Assembly (NCBI GenBank): GCA_043228905.1
Contig: JBHGNT010000016.1
Coordinates: forward strand, 868,001-932,000
Direction of reading: 5' to 3'
Origin: Azolla caroliniana
Lineage: Eukaryota > Plantae > Polypodiophyta
Length of the DNA: 64,000 nucleotides
The notes beneath the pieces are model-generated. The model had not been told where the DNA came from. It saw nothing but the letters and a program-made list of their open reading frames with translations, and did not search any database. This document shows, piece after piece, positions 48,752-60,870 of the stretch. A program made the position numbers and the translations under genes. The stretch's first letter is position 1. Every line of letters begins with the position of its first letter.

Positions 48752-51547
48752 CAGCTGTCGGACGCTGAAAGTAAAAAGAAACCGGAAGATGAAAGAAACA
48801 CAGTAGATAAATACAAACAAATCTCCACTGTACCCCACGCACCTAGGCGTACTGGACCTTCATCACAAGACCCACATCATCCTCAACCACAACAGTTCAA
48901 GAAGGATGATTCAATGTATAGAAATGTAGCATCCACAAGCAACAGATTATCTGAACTACCCAAAACCACTTTGGATCCGCCTCAGTATCCACCATATTCA
49001 CTTCTTCCTAGGAGGCTTGATTCATCTCGATCTCTACACGAACCAAGGTTTATGACAAACCTTTCAAATCATGAGGGAAAAGTGAACCCTAGAAGGTCAG
49101 TGGACACAGCAGAGAGAGCCGCAGCAGCAGCTGCCCGAGGGGCTCTGAAAGAGCTTTCAAGAATACCTGATTCTGCATTACTTATACCTGATCTCCTTGA
49201 CAATTATGATCGTGGTCCTCCTTTGGAGGCACGTTCTTCTCGCCAAGGTCTTGCTAATTCTCATAAGGCTAAACCTGAAACACCCCCCCGACCATCTACT
49301 CCGCCTGAGCTTAGTGAATCGCTAAGATTGCTGTCTCGGCTTAGAGAAGCTCCCACTCTTAATCTTGGTTACAATGGCAATAACCTTGCCAATAATCTAT
49401 CTTCCAGTCATCAAAAGCCTCATCACCAATATCCTCCTTCAAGACCTTCATTAGTTGATCTTGCCAAGGATAAAGAAACACCAAGTGTTACAAAGTTGTC
49501 CTATAATCGTAGCACATCCCGTCCCAGTTCTTATGAACCATCCAGGGTTTCTTCAGTAGATTTTCCTCTTGAAGGAGGATTGAATTCGCGCGAGATTCCG
49601 AGACTTTCCCTCGATGGTAGAGGGACGGGTTTTTATAAAGCACCTCAAAAGCTTCATTCAAAGAATGTCACGGCTTCAAGGAGTGTCTCATGCAGTACTA
49701 GTGATTGTGATACCGAATCAAATAATGAGAAGAGGGCTTCGTTTAGCTCGAATGTTGTGGCCAAGTTAATGGGTCTGGAAGGGATGCCTGGTGGCTTTAG
49801 TAGGGATAACACAAGTCCTAATACTACTAATAACAAGATGGATGCTTCTAACCCTTCTGCAATGCAAACAATTCGATCACTGACATCAACTTGCAATAGC
49901 AATGTATCTGACCTCGAGGTAGGTTATACTAGCCAATGTGGTAAGTATGTGTCACCTTCATTCTTCCCTTCCAAACGCAGGCAAGACGTCAACATAGCTG
50001 TGGATCTTGAGGAAGATGGAGAGGATGACTACCTCCATTTCCAGGATTCTCTTAGCCAATTCAATCCGAGTCAATCTGAAACTGATGATCTCGAAAATCC
50101 CTTCCATCTGATACCCAAAAACCATCACTTTGCAGAAGACTGCCCGCCTTATATGTTGTCTTCAGCTGCCAAATTGTGTGCGCAGATTGAAGAAATGCAA
50201 AGAAAAGATTCATGGCATAAATCAGATGCTGAAGAAAGAGGCACTAGATCAATGGCAGGAATGAAAGGCCAGTCAAAGCAAGACCTGGAAGCATTGAGGC
50301 AACTTCTAGGATCTATTCATCTTAAAGGCCATTATTTGGGTTCTCAAGGTGAGAAGATCAGGGCTCAATCTGAAAACTCAGAAGCACTGAGTTTACCTGG
50401 AATTAGGCAGTTTCACAATGAGCAAGCTTCTCAACAATCCGAATGGAAGGCCAACAGGAGGTTAAACTATGATGATGAAGGCACTATACATTCAGAATCT
50501 GAGGCCTCCTATAGGAGAAATCCATCTGGAATCACCCATCATAGAAACCGAATGAAGGGTTCTGATGCTACGTTTTCGGCAACTGATAGTTCTCTGAGTA
50601 AACATTCATCGCCAGAATATTATCGGTCTCCCCGAATGATGAGAGAAACGTATTGCAATTCAACTTATTCTTCAGCAAGCTTGCCAAGAAAACCAGTTGT
50701 TGCTAATGAAGCTAGCAATGGGCGCAATGGTCAAAGCACCATAAACAATAGGGTGGCTACCAGCAGAGGAGTAATTAATAGAGTAACGAATTCCTTCACT
50801 TCACCATCTTCTCATCAGTTTCCTCAGAAAAAGTTGGATCACCTTTCCTCACCCCCTCAAAGCCCTCAGGGTGATGGTTCTCCAGCTTCCATACTAACGA
50901 AAGAGTCAAGAAACAGTAAGAATTACCATGGAAAACATATCAATAAGCAATTACCCGAGAAAACCAACAAGAAGGCTACAATCCATAAAGACATCAAAGA
51001 GCACCAGGTAGTTTCTCTAAAACCAGAGAGGAAATTGTCTCCAGTTAATAAAGCAGTAGCCAATTTGAGTTCAAATTCTGCCCAAAGTTCCACACGGTCT
51101 CGAGCAGCTATACCTCGTAGTATAAGGGATCTACAGTCTCCAGAGTCAGCTTCAAAGTCCTTTAATGGTGTTCAAAATAGTCCATCTTCCAAAGCTGACC
51201 CGAAGGTGAAACGCAGGATAACCTTCTCTGAGTCAGAATTAACTGAAGAATCTCGCTTTGATGAGAAAACAAACGTGAACAACCATTGCAAGTCTTCCAT
51301 GGAACAGATTGTGCAGAATGAAATAGTTGCTAACTTCAATAGTTCCACCATTGAGACTAAAAGTTCAGGTGAAAGTTTAGAAGCTTCTGTATCTGCTTCC
51401 GCTTCTACTTTCAGTAATATGAGTATTTCGCAAGCAGAGCACACTAGAAACTCTACTAATCAGTTACCAACAAATGTCAAAACTAAGTGTATTCTGCGAG
51501 GAGACAAAGCATGTCAGGAAGTAGGTTTGAACTTGCTCACAAAAGAG
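48752..51547 (+). CDS. TRM: TRM/LONGIFOLIA large coding exon 3
   Basis: 932 open codons containing PRLSLDGR, ESLRLLSRLREAP, SNVVAKLMGLE (VARLMGL motif) and KQDLEALRQLL. Acceptor TTTACAG|; donor GAG|GTAAGT. Confidence 0.88.
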
Positions 51548-51649
51548 GTAAGTCTCTAACAAAAGCTTTCAGAACCGTTTCCTTTAGAAAGTTTATGTTC
51601 GTATGACAGAACTCTAATACCATTTTCCTTGCTCTGTATCCTTCTGCAG

Positions 51650-51797
51650 AATGATGATACAGAATCACAGGGAGATAAATCCACTGGAAGCTGTGAGCAG
51701 CCCAGTCCCATTTCTGTTCTTGATGGCCCCTTTTATCACGAAGAAGACATTTCTTCTCCGCCAGAACCAAAAGAGTTCAAGCTCAATTTTAAAGAAG
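51650..51797 (+). CDS. TRM: TRM/LONGIFOLIA coding exon 4
   Basis: Contains the conserved EQPSPISVLD motif. Acceptor CTGCAG|; donor AAG|GTAGAT. Confidence 0.88.
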
Positions 51798-52185
51798 GTA
51801 GATATATGCATTATAACATCATGTTATTTAACTTCAGTGTCAGGTCATCATGGATGTAAACTAATTATGGTTCGAATATTTGAAACCAACGCATCCCAGT
51901 TTGCACAAGATAATTCAATCATTAAGATGGAAAGTTTTAAACTGGATGGTTCTCATGATTATAACAAAGTAACTGTTAGTCATCTGGCGAGATTTACTGC
52001 TAAGATGGATGTAATACAATGTTACTGTTTAAGTCGATGACACCAATGATTCTCAGGAAGATGGAATATGGCGTAGTTGACAAGATGTAACAAATACAGT
52101 CCATTTTCCAGTTAAATTCATTAAATCTGATCATGTTTCATCACATAGGAAAATTGATTTTCTTTGTTGCTGAATCGTTTTGTAG

Positions 52186-53168
52186 ATATCGGAAATGCTA
52201 GATTGAGCAAAGCTGTCGCCCAAGTTATTGAAAGCGTGGAAGGCACTCACAGTGTAACAGTAAAGTCTGATCAGTTCTCCATTATATCGAACGAAGACAA
52301 AGATTATGAGTATGTAAAACAACTGATCTTGAGAGGAGGATCTGCAAGGAATAAAGAAGAAAGAGAAGACGAAATCAGCTTCTTTAAGTTAGTGCCGTTA
52401 GAGCCACGGCTATTTCTTCTGTTAGAAGGAGAAAGGACTGAGAAAGATGGCGACAGCTGGAAAAGAAAGCTTCTGTTCGATGCGGTGAACTTAAGCTTGA
52501 CAAGACAAATAAAGACATGGCTGCGGCTGCAAGAGAAGCCATGGATTCTGATGAACCAGCAGAAGTTCATGAATATTAACAGCAAACTGATTGGATGCTC
52601 GCCATTATTAGAACCTTTTATTGAAGGTCTTAACAACGACAACAGTGTGCGGTTAACTGGCGAGGGGGCCAATTTTTTGTTACGAGAAGTCTGGGAAGAA
52701 ATTGGGAGAGGTAGAGGAAGGTTAAAGACGCAGAGAAAATGGAAGAAAGGAAGCGACAAAAAGGAAGATGAGTACGAGGACGGTGATGGTGATGGCAATC
52801 TTGTTGAAGAAGCAGAAGAAGAAGATTATGATGACGATGATGATCAGCGTGAGAGTACATTTCGTCTTCTTGAAGAGGACCTGCGCAGAGAGACTCGAGT
52901 GGAATGGTCGGCGCAGATTGTGGATGAGCAGAAGGGTGAAATAGCTCTGGACATCGAGCGATTGATCTTCAAGGATCTTATTCATCAGATCCTAAGGGAC
53001 CTGGGCATACCTTCGTCATCACCATCAACAACATCCTCCTCTGCTTCATCTGCTGCTACTACTACTACTACTATGATTGCTTCATCCACCATCACACCTG
53101 CCATGGCTACCAAGAGGAAACTCGCCTTCGAGCAGCTGCTCACCTCTTCTTCTTCTTCTTCTTCGTGA
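52186..53168 (+). CDS. TRM: TRM/LONGIFOLIA final coding exon (DUF4378-type C-terminal domain)
   Basis: Contains EYVKQLIL, LFLLLE, RKLLFDAVN and EIALDIERLIFKDLIHQIL. The acceptor TTTGTAG| is phase-compatible with exon 4. An extra small exon in the preceding intron cannot be excluded. Confidence 0.88.
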
Positions 53169-53314
53169 AGAAAGAGTGGAGTGTGTGCAAGCAAGCAGCA
53201 GCAGCAACACCTGCTGGCTGCATTCTGTGTAATTCAATTCATACATATAAATTCCCTCTTTCTCTCTCTCTCTCTCTCTCAATGTGTCCTCCATTTCTTT
53301 CGTTGTATGTGGTG

Positions 53315-53812
53315 TACATTTAAGTTTTTTCTCATTTCAATGTTTCTCACCCAAAAAACCTTACTATCATTTCTGACTTTATATAGTGTTGTTACTACAG
53401 GCAATAATTCCTGTTAACCTCTACTAAATCTGTCACACTTACATTTACGTTTTTTCTCATTTCAATGTTTCTCACCCAAAAAACCTTACTATCATTTCTG
53501 ACTTTATATAGTGTTGTTACTACAGGCAATAATTCCTGTTAACCTCTACTAAATTTGTCACACTTACATTTACGTTTTTTCTCATTTCAATGTTTCTCAC
53601 CCAAAAAACCTTACTATCATTTCTGACTTTATATAGTGTTGTTACTACAGGCAATTCCTGTTAACCTCTACTAAATCTGTCACACTTACATTTACGTTTT
53701 TTCTCATTTCAATGTTTCTCACCCAAAAAACCTTACTATCATTTCTGACTTTATGTAGTGTTGTTACTACTGGCAATTCCTGTTAACCTCTACTAAATCT
53801 TTCACACTTACA
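53315..53812. repeat. Four near-identical 122-125-bp tandem copies in the TRM 3' region
   Basis: CTCATTTCAATGTTTCTCACCC starts at 53331, 53456, 53581 and 53703. Confidence 0.95.
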
Positions 53813-54734
53813 AGTATATAATTACTACTGAGAAGGATCTAATACCAATTGCTTCAATAGAGTTAGCGATTGAAATGCATGTAGTCCCATTTATTCAACT
53901 AGAATTCACCATTGCTGCAAATTCCATTGTGAATACAGTACATTAATCCATACGTCACGCGCATGATGAGGACAGGAAATACAAATCTTCTTCAGCTTCC
54001 ATCTCTAATGCTTTGCATTTCAAAGATATGCTGGTTTGAGCACTACGAACCTTCACAAAATCTTCCATCTCTCTTCCCCACTCTCCGCATACAATTGCTC
54101 AGCTTATTCCAACAAAGAAGTCATCAATAACATATCAAGAGAAACAAGAACCTTGGAAAGCTTTAGATTTTTTTTAAAGAGCGTTCAATCATGAGCAAAA
54201 CCTTCGGTGGAAGATTTATATCAGGAAAAAACAGGAAAAACAGTAGATCGTTGAGATAGATAGATAGATAGACTGACGTCAGACGATCCAATTTGAGATT
54301 GATTTCTACATCCATGAGGAGAGATTGCAGACCTAAGGTTTGATTAAAAAATTCGAGGATCCCACTCGATTCAAAGGAATGGCGACACTGTCAGCTGATA
54401 CTGCCCCGGAATCAGGAGAAGCTCCTGCTTCAACTCAAACAATGGCGATGGCGTCTTCTTCCTTTCAGAAATAAATCCCACAGACTGTTTGTTGGTGGGG
54501 ACCATTATGCAGTTGTCGGTTGGTCACAAGAACAATCAAAATGTATGTCCATTTGAGTTCCAAGTTTGGCATGGCCAAGACAAAGGTTCTAGTGGTCTGA
54601 AATCGACCCTCTCTTGTGGGGTACACATGTTGGTCTGCCTCGGCCTCTTCCGCGATGGAGCCTAATGGAAGCCAATATATAAGCATTCTTTTGAAACCAA
54701 ACGTGTACTTGCGTTTCTACGAAGTGCGGAATTT

Positions 54735-54952
54735 CAAGGCTCACATATCCGAGTTAAGTAAAACATCACCTCATTTTCTCATTAGAATGTGAAACTTTAT
54801 ATTTTAAATCTCATTCTCTTTAACGTTTCACAATACTTTGTATCAAGGCTCACATATCTGAGTTAAGTAAAACATTATCTCATTTTCTCTATACAAAGTG
54901 AAACATCATACTTTAAACCTCCTTTTCTCCGACTTTTCAATATATTTTGTAC
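54735..54952. repeat. Two diverged ~108-bp tandem copies
   Basis: TCAAGGCTCACATATC.GAGTTAAGTAAAACAT occurs at about 54735 and 54843. Confidence 0.85.
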
Positions 54953-57900
54953 AGAAATTCAATACCGTTTAAAATCTAGTGCCGACGACCTTTTGCTTTT
55001 TGATAATACTTATATTACAATTGGGTAACTACTAGTTTCGAAAACTATAAAACGTTGACTGCTCAAATAAGGCAAAATCTTACGTAGGGCCCTCCATTTT
55101 GACCGATTCATATTGTGGTTGCATCAAATAAGAGAGATCAAACGAAATATTTACAATACCAATTAACAACAAAGGAACAAAGCAAAACCATTACCTCCTA
55201 GAGAGTGGGGACCTTTTGTTGCAAATAGTTACCAAGACAAATTCTTGATAGTAGACACAAAGGAAGTTGTTAGTCCTTGCTTTTTAGTGCTCAAACTTTG
55301 ATATATCTTGATAGTAGGCACAATCTTTGTTAGAAGACTTTAGTGACAATATTGCATATTTATTTCCCATGGATGGAAGCAAAAATGCATCATAAATATG
55401 TGTAACAAGATTTCTTTACTGCACTCAAACCATATCCATTTTATAAGTTATCAAAAACTATATATACTAAGGAGTGAGAGATTCATTCCCCATGATCTCG
55501 TTACAACAAATCAATATTCTTCATCGGTAAATGTTTTTAAACAAAAAAGCATACAAGAAAAGTTTAGGTGGGACTTATACACCAAGTTATCTTGCACCCA
55601 TTTCCAAGTTAACAAGTTCGCTAGTTTTCTCTCTCTAAAGCTACCAAAATACTATAAACTTGAATTTTCGTGACATGTTTTTGATGGATTCTATCAACAT
55701 TAACTAATCAAAGTTTCATCCTTTCTCGGCAAGTAAAACTTTCCCTTGTAATCCATAATTTGTCTTCTATATCCTTTACTATATTCCATAACACAATCAG
55801 AAGATTGCATATAAGTAACTTATAAATAGATTGGCTTACAATTTATTTGGAAGTAGTTCACGAGCATTAACCACTCAAGTGTCCATCTTCGGACACTTCC
55901 AGAGGGTAGTGCCAATACGTAGGAGTCCCTAATTTCCTCATTTTTACCTAACACTTTTACCAAACACGTGTACTTCTTTATGTAATGATTTCATCATTTA
56001 CAGATATGTACTTTTCATTTCGTCTGAAGTGTTTCTCCTTATCTCGTTACATTAAGCACTACACAAAATCCCATGTAAAATTATCTTTTACACATTCTCT
56101 CTTTTCTCTCTACATCAACAAAATGCCATCACCTTCAAAACCACAAGGCAACAAACAACATTGCCTTTATACTTATATAGTATTCTCGATCGATGATTAT
56201 TTATAAACTCACCAAGTTTAAATGATGTAGTGATACTCATGATTGTATGTTGTTAACTTACGGTTTTGGGAACAACTAGCAAACAATGAGTTTGTCATGT
56301 TCTCCATAGATTTAGTTTGAAATGTCCACTATGAAGAATAGCGCTCCAAAAGTGGGATGCCGACTATTAACCACCTTTATTGTTCTATTTTAACGACTAT
56401 TATCTTTTGATTTACACCACTTTTGTATTGGAGATATTAACATGCCCTATAATGATGGGTTACCTACAAATACACAAAATAATGCTCCCTTCGCTCCAAT
56501 TCAATGAGCTATTGAAGTCTTACATGATATGCTTGTGCTACATGGCTTCATAGTGGGCAATCTTTGTCTCTTTACTGCCTCGATGCTCGATACAACCATA
56601 ATTGATTGATTATTGCTACTCTAAGAGATAACATAGGTTCCCAAGGAGAAGGCAAAGTTTGATGTTAATCGTGGATCTATTAAGTTACTAGGCTAATCAA
56701 CATCCATGAAGCCCTTGAACTTAACAAGGACTTCCACCTCGTATAAGATGTCACGATTTAGAGTGCCGTTTACAAACTGTGGTACACCCTAAGTGTAATC
56801 CAACTGCACACTAGTTAATGCGTGAAATGAATGTAAAGGTTTTGAGAACTAGATAGGTTGTCTTAACACAATGGAAAAAAGTAGATGTGAGATATATATG
56901 TGTTATGCGTGTGACATAGATAGATATTTTTTAGACATCTACTGGATGAGGCATAGCTCATTGAGACGATCGAAACAACTATACGCCGAAGAGCAAAACC
57001 AAAGCCTCGAAAAAATTATAGCAAAGCTTAAAATAATGCTAAAAATCAATAAACTATAATCAAGTTATCGATAATATAAATAGGTAAATAACATACTTAC
57101 ACAAGAGAGGTGGGTTGTTGGATCTATGTAGAGCTCCAATACAAATATAAATCGAAGATAGGAACTGCGTACTAATGATGGGAGAGTTTGTAGAATACCC
57201 AAGATATCAACTTTTTTCAATGCAATGACATGTGTGATTAATAAAATTAATGGCAATCTTTAATTTATAAACATACATATATGGATGTCTTCATGCACTG
57301 TCTACTTGAACTTGTTATCTCACACTAACTAAAGAGGCTAACCATGTAGTTAAGGTTGGGGTGTGTCGCATCTAGATAAGTGAGTTAGAGTTAGAGTGCA
57401 TCTTTGCATTCTAGTCGCATGTGGTCATGAGCAACTTGCAATTCCTCAAGTCCAATTTAAACAATTTTTTTTCAAGATGATGTGGTGCTAGGATCCAGGA
57501 AAGCTAGATCTAGTGAGGTATGCAAACGATCTTGATGCCAAGAAAATAATGAAGCTTGTCTATATCCTTCATTTCAAATTTGGCTACGAGCATATATTTC
57601 ACGTTTGTGATGGTGGCCCTATGTTCTTCTCCAATCATGATGTCGTGATTAAGGATAAGCATTTGATCTTGCTTTCACTAGGGAGGATAGTTACAAGCCT
57701 AAAGAAACCATGTAGTGGGTCATGTAGATCCACTAGCATGTAACATGTGTGTAAATAATCTAGTATATCGTATGTCTAAGTGATCATGTTTCTTGGGACT
57801 TAATCGATGTGTATGTTTTGGGTTAACGAGAATAAATGAGAATATGATGCTTGTCAATTTCCATGCTTTGATGATAAGGTTGCTCATACAAAATCGCCAA

Positions 57901-58093
57901 GTATGTCTTCTCTTTCAACCCATAGATACGGTGGATCTATTCGAGTAGGACGCCCCAATAAGCACTCTCACATAAGAGACATCCATCAATCTGTTTTGCA
58001 AGATCATGTAATAGGATTCGTAAATACCATATAGTCAATCTCTTAGAGGAAGGTAGCCTGCTTAGATAGATCTGATGGATACTAACTAATACA

Positions 58094-59395
58094 TTTTTTT
58101 AATTTTTTAAACTACATCATAGTTTCCATTAGCAATCCAAAAAGCATATACAAGATATATAATAATACAACGTAGTGGTGGGTAAGATATCCCCTATTAT
58201 GTCATACTTGACACCAACCTCCACCTATGGAGGAAACAACCATTGTGGGGGTACATATTGCCAATCCATTTTGTCATTTCTCTCCACAAAAATGAACAAA
58301 TCCTTTCATTTGCCTTTAAAGGATTGTTGTTTCATAAAAATCATATCTTCATTACTTGTGAAGGAGTCATATTGACCTTTTAAAATTGAGATAAGCATTG
58401 ACCAAATTTCCTTCACACAATGAACAAGATTTTGCTTTATTTGCTGAAACACATTTTTGCATCGATCTATCCAAATATTCCATAGAACCACCGATGATAT
58501 CGTCGCCCATACTGTAGCATCCACATTCAACCGATTTGAGCTTGAGTATGGTATGTCCTTAATTTGCCTTCCCCTAGTTTGAAGGGTAAATAATAACTTT
58601 TCTCTTTCATAATTATGCTTATCCACATTTACGTCCATCCAAAAGACATTTCCCCATGTAATCACATTAGGTCCATATGCAACATCAATGAGGCGCAACA
58701 TACGTTTCCAAACATAACATGCGGCCATACAATTCCATGAGACATGTTGCATTGATTCCAAGTAAAGCCCACAAAAAGAGCAAGTTTGGGTTCCCTCTTC
58801 CATATGCATCCATTCCAAGACTAGAAGTGCATTGTGGACACATAACCATCTTAATGTAATGATTTTGCAAGGAATCTGTGGAGCCCACAACCATTTCCAA
58901 AATGCTAATAGTGAATACATAGGAATATTATTATTTAACCATACCTTAGCTGCAACCGGCATAACTGGAACCCTCATTTGTTGGAATTCCCTACCTAATT
59001 TTACAGAGTAGTCAAAGAAAGAAACCATCTTACCATTAACATCTCTTCACCACCATTCCGCCGGATCCCACTCTTATTCCAATAAGGGCTTCCTATCACA
59101 AACCCAAATATCCCAGAAAGGGTTTACTTTTTCAGGATTGGGATCAATAATACATACTTTCCCTGTTTTTGCTATGATCGTAATAGGCTTCGATCCACTA
59201 AATTGAGAAGATCATCCTCCATAGAGACTCATTGCAATTTTCTCTCTGACACTATTATATATGCTAAGAAGGATTCATTAGATGTATAAGCTGTTGCTCC
59301 AATCAAGACATTAAAAGAAGAGAATGCCCCGTACCATACATGGTTTGAATTAAATGAAGAAGGCAAAATCCTATTACAAGTGTTACTTATCGCTT
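58094..59395 (-). mobile_element. 5'-truncated L1-type LINE 3' end (zf-RVT-like region and A-rich tail)
   Basis: ORF 59028-58306 contains FWKWLWAPQIPCKI..W...HNAL, CSFCG...ESMQHVSWNC..A..VW and VLWNIWIDRCKNVF. The + strand T-run at 58094-58108 is the A-rich tail. Confidence 0.85.
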
Positions 59396-60199
59396 AGAAC
59401 ATTAACATACCACCTCTTATTGATATACTAACTAATACATTGCTGAGTGTGTTGAGAGACTAGAGTAACAAGGAGCATCTCTAACTCTGCCTCAGACAAC
59501 AATAGCAAGAAGAGGAGTGCGCCTTGATGGTATTCCTTATTCCCTAGTACATACCCTTCATAACCTGGTGCATATGTATCTATTAGCTTCTAATGTCTCT
59601 TGGCCTTACCTTCTTAGCCTGCTTTAATGGCGAGGGGATATGCGATGTGTTGCCTCTTACTTAAATTGGCGGCTCCCTTCTACTATATATAGATAGCCTG
59701 TCTTTAGTTAGAAAAAACCTGCGGCTTCCATCAAATCTGCGTATATATATATAGAGAGAGAGAGAGCATGACTAACTTCCTCTAGCTTAATAGATAGAAG
59801 GTTTCCATAGTAGATCCTCGTCTGTTCGATCCTCGTCATGCACTTCCGCCGTGGACGTTAAAAAGAAATCTATCTATCTATCTCCATCGATATCTCTTTC
59901 TTTCTTTCTCAATCTCTTACCTCCCCGCCCTCTTATGTTTCCTGATACAAGTCTGTTCCTCTTCTCTCCTTAGATTTTTCTCATTTTCATATGGGATGAT
60001 CAAAGAAACTTCTGCAAAGGAGGCTTTAGTAACTAAAGAGAGTCTGTTCATGATCACGAACTTCCACAAGCCACAATCATAGGTCTACTTTATGGAGGTT
60101 TGACCTTAAAACTAAAAAATGTTGCCAAGGAAACCTCATCAATAGTCAACTCACAAGAGAATCTTCAATGAAAACTATGACTTCCCGTTACTTGGCCAA

Positions 60200-60870
60200 C
60201 TGGGATTGTTTTTTGGAGGTTTCACTTTCTCTAAAGTTTACATAGCTTCAAGAGCTTCACATATTTTCGACATACATAGTTAGAAGGACATGGACAAGTG
60301 GCGCATATATGAAGTCTCCTTGAGGTGAATTTGGGTATGGTGATCAATGGTAAGCTCTATGTTTGTGATGAATATACCGGACAAGGGCATTTCTTGTTAA
60401 AGACTGTGAGGTTTATGATTTTTTTGATGAATGTGTGGTCTCAAATCAAGAACATTTCACCTGCCATAAATATTGATGTTTCTTGGGTTTGGAAAGGTAA
60501 TCTTCTCATTCTAGGATTGACCATAAACCCTAGGAATGCCCGCGTTTTCTTGTATTCTCCTCTCCGTAGTCGATGGGTGGAAGACGAGGCTCTTATGAAT
60601 GTGCTGCACGTATTCAGGCCCCTAGTTTCTCTTGCTAAATGAGCTTGCACAGGTAGTAACAATTTTTATGCTGGAATGGCTGAGCCATCTTATGTAGAGA
60701 GAGATATGGAAGATAATGTGAAGATCATGAAGCTCAACAAAGAGTCCTTGAAATGGGAGTGGTAAAGTGTAGAGATGAATATTAACTGTGAATGTGGTTC
60801 TGATGGAATGCATTTGAAGCTTTTTGGCCTTAAGGATCGGGTTCTTTTCATGTGTCATTTGAAATGTGAA
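60200..60870 (+). mobile_element. Possible decayed LINE ORF1 remnant
   Basis: GQGHFLL..W..RWVE fragments are loosely like plant L1 ORF1. Heavily disrupted. Confidence 0.25.

Noticed and set aside
54095-54130. C/D-box snoRNA on the minus strand (TGATGA…CTGA with ATTG/CAAT ends)
   Set aside because: The boxes are only ~20 nt apart, too short for a C/D snoRNA, and no rRNA guide was recognised.
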